This document shows positions 56,375 through 64,000 of a stretch of 64,000 nucleotides of DNA, piece by piece (positions within the stretch are counted from its first letter, which is position 1; each line of letters starts with the position of its first letter). The notes under the pieces were generated by a model. It was not told where the DNA came from, did not search any database, and worked only from the letters and a program-made list of their open reading frames with translations. A program made the translations under genes and the position numbers. Location: the NCBI GenBank assembly GCA_951406725.2, contig OX597830.1, positions 43,276,001 through 43,340,000 of the forward strand. Reading direction: 5' to 3'. This DNA comes from Octopus vulgaris. Lineage: Eukaryota.

Positions 56375-56928
56375 GCCCTGATGCAGTACCAGGCAGTGGC
56401 TCTCATGGCTTCTGATCTTAACTGATTGGAAGTGTTATCATGTACATTGTTTTGTCTTGGTATAAAAGATGGGCTACAGCAAATATTCTGCTCAATACCA
56501 CAGATTTGCTTGTCAGTTGTTTGACCTTAACCAGTTGAGCATGTCCCTTAGTGGCTGACGATATGTGCATCTCTGATCACGAGCAGAAGTAGTGGGGGAG
56601 CATCATAGCCATGTGTTGAGAGGGATTCTTTGGGGTTTGAATAGTTCACCTCTGGAAACATGGGTGGTTCTTTCAACATCCTTAAACAACCCTTATTCAG
56701 GGACCGTTTGAGCGGGATGGGATACTCAACCTGAAGAAAATTCTAACTGGGCCCCACTTGCAAGGTCATGTGCTGTTTATCTTGATATGAGATCACCATG
56801 TCGCGCACATATGGTTGTGATGCATGTGCCTGGTGTACCTTTATCAGACGGGTAGTCATGATGGGTATATTGGGCTTCGTATATTTTACCCCAGTGTCAC
56901 TTTGATGGCATGAACTGCTCTCTCACTC
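56372..56928 (+). mobile_element. AAT-555 element, full-length reference copy
   Basis: Long (AAT)n on both sides; no ORF and no TIR. Confidence 0.92.
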
Positions 56929-56947
56929 AATAATAATAATAATATTA

Positions 56948-57033
<86 letters not shown>

Positions 57034-57149
57034 CTTTTCTACAATAGGCACAACGCTTGAAATTTTGTGCGACGGTTGAAATACAAAATATAGAAAAATA
57101 CTCTGTTACATGAAAGATAATCCTAAATTTATGGAAAAAAAACTCAAAC

Positions 57150-57600
57150 TCAAAGAAAGAAGACCGTTAAATGTTGTATGTGAAAATTTGTTGAATATAA
57201 TATGTGTTCATGCATCTGCTGCTTCTTGCTTGCTTGTTTATAGTCGCTTCTTGAATCTGATTATGATCATCTTGTATTTTGTTTGTGGATTTGTTGATGC
57301 TTGAACATTCCAATCCTTGATGTACAGCTTCGGTCACAGACGGGACATATAAAAACTTTTCTGGAGCCGCCGCCAGGTATGGCATATTCCGTGCACTTCT
57401 TACCTTGATTCTGTTGATTGTACTGATTACATTTCTCCTCATCTTCAGCTTTGCCCCAACAGTGAGACTGCCAAAGTGGGAGCTGGGTATTGATATCTTC
57501 TATTTTTGAAGGGTTGGTTCTGCTCCTCTTCGAACATGTCTGTGACTGGTTGTTGAACCGTTTCTTTAGTTTTTCAGTAAGGCGTCGGCCAAAGCGTACA
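57150..57600 (-). pseudogene. RTE-clade LINE 3' fragment
   Basis: C-terminal finger FICPVCDRSCTSRIGMFKHQQIH. Confidence 0.75.
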
Positions 57601-59480
57601 TCAATGCAGACACACATATACAAGCTTAATGCACATACACACAGCCAAACACATACACCCAGAAATATATACATAGCCATCTTTGTGTATATGGATGTGT
57701 ATCCGTATGGATTTGTGCGATTATATATACATATACACTAACAAAAGAACATTACCCAGATACATGATTTAGTCCTTAATATTTGAAAGGATTTCGTTAC
57801 AGTAAAATGAATCTTTGAAATGTGGGTGTGATTGTAAACTAATTTTGTTGTCTATCTACCATACTGGTCTGTGAGACATCAAAATACTGTCTTGGATTTA
57901 ATAGGCAAGACATTGAGTTTAATTCCGAAGTTGGTGTCTGCAGAAACAGTAAAGAAATGAAACAAAAATAAGCAAGTTTTTTTTGTTCAGAAAATGTAAC
58001 CTATATTACGTCATAATAAAAATGTCAAAAGTTTAACGTCTCAACAGATTTCTCTATTTAAGCCATTTCAAATCTCACCGAAGCCAACTTTGCCTTTTAT
58101 GGCATCGATGAAATGAAATACCAGCGAAATACTGAGATCGATGGAAGTAACTGACTTCTTCCACTCAAAATTGCTGGCGGATCTCTTCAGTTTCGCTAAC
58201 AGATTTTTAAATTATTTTTCTTTAAACACTTTGAAACTTCGTATACTGGTGTATACGAAGGGTAATATGCAACACAGGCGCTAAACAAAAATAAATAGAA
58301 CAGAGTGGTAACCTTTAGTAGAAATGACCCGGAAGTTGTTGCTCTTCCATTACTATCGCAAACAGCAGCAGTAGCTTTCTACAGCTGAATACACGTCATT
58401 GTTTGGTTAAAATTACCCAAATACGACAACTTTAACACGAAATAACTTCTAAATTACGAAATTTTGTCAAAAATGTTGAAAGTAAACCGTGTTCAGCGTA
58501 AGAAATTATTGGCTTTCTGCTTTAAAAACATATCATTAAAAATGTTAACTAGATGACGTCTTAACGAAATAATCATCTGAAAAGACTGCAATAAAATTTT
58601 TTTCAAATGTCGGGAAACGAAATATTTTTATGCGTAAAGCCTTAAATATACAGGAAATAATTTACGGAGAGGTGAGGAATATGTGAATACTAACAAGTGT
58701 GCTCTACGGTATCCGTATATTAAGTTAACATATTTTTTTATCTTTTATCTTTTACTTGCTTCAGTCATTAGACTGCGGCCATGCTGGGGCACCGCCTTGA
58801 ATTTTAATTGAACGAGTCTAACCTAGAACTTAAATTTTTTTAGGCCGGGCACTTATTCTATCGGTCTTTAATTATTTTTTTTTTTACCAAACTGCTAAGT
58901 TACGGGAACGTAAACACACCAACACCGGTTGTTAAGTGAGGTCAAGGGACGAAAGAGGCATTTGATATTGTTAAGTGAGGCCTTATGACTTTATTTATCT
59001 AAATTTGGACGTTCTCAAGCACTGTGGTCGATGTAACCGAATTAATCGCTTCCCCCGAAAACTATTGACCTTATGTGAAAATTTGAAATCAATATTAAAA
59101 AATCATCTGTAATATTATCTTGCTTATCATGATATGTATTCGAAAGTTACACTGTTTTCTCCTCAAACAGGAAAAATGAAGTGTTTTTTATCCGACAAAA
59201 ATACAATTAAACAATTGCAGTGAATTTGAATTTACAAATCGGTGCTGCCGATTTTCTTATAGTCTGGCCTTTTGATAAATAAATGGAGATTTAGTACCTT
59301 CTTTGGTATTTTATATGACATAGTGAAAGAAGGTAGGGTAGCCGGTAACCGTGACTCTTCTCAGAATCTCAATGATTGGGGTGAGGGAAAAAAAGGGGAA
59401 GTACTCCTCAAACTGGAAGCTTGGTCTGAATCTTTGCAACAAAGTGTACTCAGCTAAAGGCACCCGTAATGGTGCAAAAC

Positions 59481-59997
59481 CAGTGGTTCTCAAAACCAAT
59501 GATCCGTGTGACCTCCTGGGGTCCATACAAACAAAATAGTAAACCGGAGATCCACAGCGGTATTTTAAGGATCCATTGAAAAAAAAATCGCTTCCGATGT
59601 ATTTATTCTTTTCTACTCTAGGCACAAGGCCCGAAATTTTGGGGGAGGGAGCTAGTCGATTAGATCAACCCCAGTACGCAACTGGTACTAAATTTATCGA
59701 CCCCGAAAGGATGAAAGGCAAAGTCCACCTCAGAACGTAATGACGGACGAAATACTGCTAAGCATTTCGCCCGGTGTGCTAATGTTTCTGCCAGCTCGCC
59801 GCCTTTTTCGATGTATTTATTGCAAGAGGCAGCAAGAGTTCTTTCTCATGCGTTTTACAGAGTTCAACCTGCTCAAGTTAATGTGTGAAAAACAGAATAA
59901 CAATTTTGGAAGAAGTTTCTATAAAACTAGTTTTTAAACATGGAATGGCTACGGGAGTTCACCAGAATGAAATAGTAAAAATTATTGAGAATCACTG
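59481..59997. mobile_element. hAT-like MITE with nested SINE-A (59602-59804, -)
   Basis: CAGTGGTTCTCAA/TTGAGAATCACTG; TSD TGCAAAAC/CGCTAAAC. Confidence 0.75.
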
Positions 59998-60845
59998 CGC
60001 TAAACCAAACGATTATAGATTAGAAAAGCACTGAAGAGCAAAATGGAATTCAAGAATAACCGAATGAGCACCACCATTTTTCGTTCCATGGATGAAGAAT
60101 TGAACTTTGAATTTTTTTCCTATTTCTAGAAATTAGATCAGGTAGTCAGTTTTTTTTTTGTCGACGTCTTCATACTTTGACATTGAGATCACATCAACCT
60201 TTATTTATACAAATATATTGTGACATTGGTGTCGTAGTTATTTTGTTAACCTCAGTATTTCGACGTCGCTCTCAGATTATATCTTCTTTTTCATTGACGT
60301 CATTGTATTGCGGGATTGGGGTCATGCTAGATTTTCTGTTGTATAATAATAAATGTTTATGGTGATAAGAGCTAGTGACTGGGTAGCGAAATCGGTAGAG
60401 AGACGCTCTAAAATAATAATTAGAGTATTTAATCGCTTTGCTCTGCTTTCTGAGTTCTAATCCTTTCGCAGTCGACTTCTGCCTTTTCTTATTCCAGGGC
60501 CGATTGTTTATAGAAATACAAGTAAAATGTGTAGTAATGTGAAAATGTGTTCTATCAGAAGCAGAACGAAATATCTGCAATGTTACTGAATTTGCGATCC
60601 ATGGATCCATGAGAGAAAAAGGGGAAGTAAGGAAAGAAAGCGGAATAAAGAAGAATGAGAAAAACGAATAAGCTTCAAGAAATTTAAGTCCATTGGAATC
60701 TCTTGAATGTTCCAGTTTCTCGTTTTTAACTTGTAACATTTTAACACTATATACTTTTGTTTGTTTGTTTATTTGTTTGTTTGTTTGTATGTATGTATGT
60801 ACGTGTAGTGGATGCGTGGATGTATTAATAAATACATAAGTGCTT

Positions 60846-61387
60846 TGTAATAAATTAAAGATTTATTATCACTACATCAATTTGTAAGCAATGTTACACA
60901 TCGCTTGTACAAAATGCATATTAAATAGTGGTTGCAAATAATACATATTAAAGGAATGCATAATACAGGATACACATTAAAGCAGAATATGTTTGATGGT
61001 GTGTGTGTGTGCGTGTGTGTAAATAATGCATGACAGAGTCACCTTTCTGAATATTCTTTCGTCGTTCTCATAAATGCGTGGCGTTCTCTTAAACGTTGAT
61101 TCGGGTTCTCTCTAGATACCTATTTCTCCGTTCTATTTATAACATCTCAAATAGCCAGAAAAATAGATATACCGCAAGAGAGTTATCATTAAAGTAGGTC
61201 GCTGGTCGTCCTGTTAAACTTCGCCTGACCTGCTCGGGTCAGAGGTCGAAGGGAGACGATCCATCATTTTTTGTCAGAACAAAGAGATTCTGATTTCGCG
61301 CCTTTTTGTGCATTGGTATTTTACGACCAATGATTCTTGGGTCTGATTTCGAATCCAAGCTTTGAGAAGGAAGTGCTAATTCTTACA
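60846..61387 (-). repeat. Putative 3' LTR of the Gypsy element
   Basis: Polypurine tract AGAAGGGGGG-TAG, then TGTAAGAATTA ... AATAAA..TAATTTATTACA. Confidence 0.7.
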
Positions 61388-61955
61388 CTACCCCCCTTCT
61401 AGTGAGAAAGCCATAGAGATCGAACGATATTGGAAATGTATTATTATTTTTTTTTCTTTATTTTTTTTTTTTTGATTGTGTGCATGTATAAAAAAAATTT
61501 TTTTACACATTGAACGATAAAAATATGCATGAAAGGTTTACAATTTGTGTGTGCTATATGGTGGGCAATATGTATATGTGCCCAGGCAGAATTATGTTGG
61601 CGCGTTGAAAGAGGTGTGCGTCTATTGATTACTCGACCTACTAGAGGTCTAATAGAGGCAAGGTGTCTTTCAGTGGCGAAAAAATATCGAGTGATAGCAC
61701 GCATGAGAACAAGATTTGTAAATGTGTGTGGATATACAGTTAGCAAAAAAATATATTTATGAGAAAGCAAACATTTTGAAGAGAAAACAAAAAATATGTA
61801 CATGCAAAAATGAAAGAAATGTTCATCGGCAAAGTTCGATTTTGAAATGTTCCGTAAAAGTTCATACAGACAGTTTTTGTTTTCATTTTTTTTTTTTCTT
61901 TACGTACACAAATGTTCTTTGATTTCTCTGGGTGGGTGATGCAGTTATGTGTTCA

Positions 61956-64000
61956 TTAGGAAGATGGATACGTTAGGAGTTCAGAACTTACCCGAAAAAC
62001 TTGCACAAACCTTGCTGGCCATCGAACTGTTCTTCCTGATTTGGTGTGTCGGGGTTGTGCAGAATCTGTGGTGTTCGCTGGAGTTGCCGAGTCTGTTTGA
62101 GGAAAAGAGGGGACTGAATGTAAGTCCTCCTCGATGAAAGCCTTTTTTAAACGATCAATCGAGACCGTATTTCGTTTACCTCCAATATCGAGGACGAAAT
62201 ACTTGGGTTCTCTTTTGATGACCTTGTAGGGCCCGGAATATGGTGGTCGAAGTTGAGAGGGTATCCCATCATTCCTCACGAAGACATGAGTCCATGTGTT
62301 GATATCTTTTGGGACACGTGAAACGACGTTCTGTTGTCTGGGGCCTGAGGGTGATACTTACGACATGGATGTTCGTAATCGGTGCACATATTGTTGTGGG
62401 TCAGGGAAGTTTTGTGAAACAGGTTCGATCATCTGCCCAGGTAAGGTGAGTGTTGTGCCATAAACGAGTTCGGCCGGAGTATATCCCAGTTCTTCCTTAA
62501 TCGTGGATCGAATTCCAAGGAGGATGAGAGGGAGATGTTCCAACCAGTGAGAACTGTCTGGAGCTGCTTTTATAGATGCCTTGAGTTGGCGGTGAAAGCG
62601 TTCCACCATGCCATTTGCTGCAGGGTGGTAAGCTGTAGTGCGGGTGTGTTTACACCCGAGGAGACGAGTCAGCTCGGTGAAAAGGTGGGAATCGAACTGA
62701 CGTCCTCTGTCGGTGGTAATTGTTGCGGGTGTGCCAAAACGCGAAACCCATTGTGATATCAGTGTTTTAGCGACCGTTTCTGCTGATATATCAGATAGGG
62801 GCCAGGCTTCGGGCCATCGCGAGAACCTATCTACGCAAGTTAGCAAATATGAATAGTTCTGCGAAGGTGGCAGGGGTCCAACGATATCAATGTGAACGTG
62901 CTGAAATCGTGCATCGGGCTGCGAAAATGAACCGATTGGTGATTTTATGTGCCGGTGGATTTTCGCTTTTTGGCACGCAACACAGCACTTGGTCCATTCT
63001 CTGATATCCTTGTTGATACTGGTCCACACAAAACGGGTCGATATTAGCTTTTGAGTGGAGCGAATACCAGGATGTGACAGAGAATGTAGAGCGGAGAAAA
63101 CTTCTCGACGATATTTCTGTGGTACATAAGGGCGTTGGTAACCAGTGGAAATATCACACCAAATATGGGCTGTGGATGATGGTAGTGGAACATGCTGAAA
63201 TTTCAGAGATGACGAATTCCGGAGCTTTAGAAGTTCTTCGTCATTCTCCTGGTCAGCTGCTATACGTGCCAGATCAATTGTAGACGTGGTGTGGATAGCA
63301 TTGATCTGCGCACGTGAAAGTGCATCGGCTGCCACGTTGGTCGTCCCTTTGATGTGGCGTATATCCGTCGTGTACTGCGATATGAAGTCGAGGTGGCGTA
63401 TTTCTCTTGGCGAATGGCGATCCGGTTTGGTGTTAAATGCGTATACTAATGGCTTGTGGTCGGTATATATGGCAAAATTGGTACCTTCTAGCATATGACG
63501 GAAATGCTTAACGGCCAGGTATGCCGCCAATAATTCCCGACTGAATGTGCTGTATTTGGTTTCCGCGGGTTTTAACCGCTTAGAAAAGAAAGACAACGGT
63601 TGCCATATACCGTCAACAAGCTGTTGTAGCACACCTCCGATTCCGGAATCGGATGCATCAACGAGTAAACATCGTGGGGCGTCTGGTTTTGGATAAACCA
63701 ACATGGTAGCGCTAGATAACGCTTTTTTCAGGGCAGCGAAAGAAACGAGTTGATCTTCGGTCAGAGCTATAACTGCATTTTTGCCGGTTCGCTGACGTAG
63801 CAAATCCGTGAGCGGTTGCGCTATTTCAGCGAGGTGGGGCACGAACCGTCGATAGAAATTCGCTAGACCGAGATATTCCCTTAATTTGCGGAGAGATGTG
63901 GGTGGTGGAAAATCCACGATGGCCTTGACTTTCTCGGGAAGGGGACGAATTCCATTTTTATCGACTATATGGCCGAGAAAATGAAGGGAAGCAACTCCGA
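61956..64000 (-). CDS. pol: Ty3/Gypsy pol (RT end, RNase H, integrase, GPY/F module); runs off the window; one in-frame stop at 62358-62360
   Basis: [57 protein letters not shown]. Both supplied ORFs are in the same frame. Confidence 0.95.

Noticed and set aside
56372-56440. 5S- or tRNA-derived head, or HDV ribozyme, at the AAT-555 5' end
   Set aside because: Only an A-box-like TGGCTCTCATGG is present; no B or C box, and no HDV fold found by eye.
62535-63498. Plus-strand ORFs over pol
   Set aside because: Antisense shadows of the Gypsy ORF.

Overview
This is a eukaryotic, AT-rich, microsatellite-saturated window with no recognisable host protein-coding exon, so it is intergenic or lies inside a very large intron. 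The repeat repertoire resembles a coleoid cephalopod (octopus-like) genome; that assignment is an inference and was not checked. Nearly all ORFs in the supplied track are microsatellite or SINE artefacts. The real coding remnants are all transposon-derived: Tx1/L1-clade LINE pieces, several R4/Dong-type REL-endonuclease LINE pieces (one with a 433-codon open 3' ORF), RTE and Penelope (GIY-YIG) fragments, Tc1/mariner/pogo remnants, and the 3' half plus 3' LTR of a young Ty3/Gypsy element. Three tRNA-derived SINE families, hAT-type MITEs and Helitron-type elements are also present. The working names SINE-A, SINE-B, SINE-M and AAT-555 are mine. Five observations stand out. (1) Several distinct minimal type-I hammerhead-ribozyme cassettes occur, often in inverted pairs, including a tRNA-headed (Pol III) hammerhead element at 40.6-41.4 kb. 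(2) A SINE carrying a Tx1-LINE tail repeatedly joins other copies of itself at one fixed site. (3) A non-coding ~555-bp element without a tRNA head sits in (AAT)n tracts. (4) REL-LINE tails are tied to (TACA)n. (5) Together these suggest that microsatellite classes are partitioned among retroelements. All alignments and folds were done by eye, and boundaries of degenerate elements are approximate.
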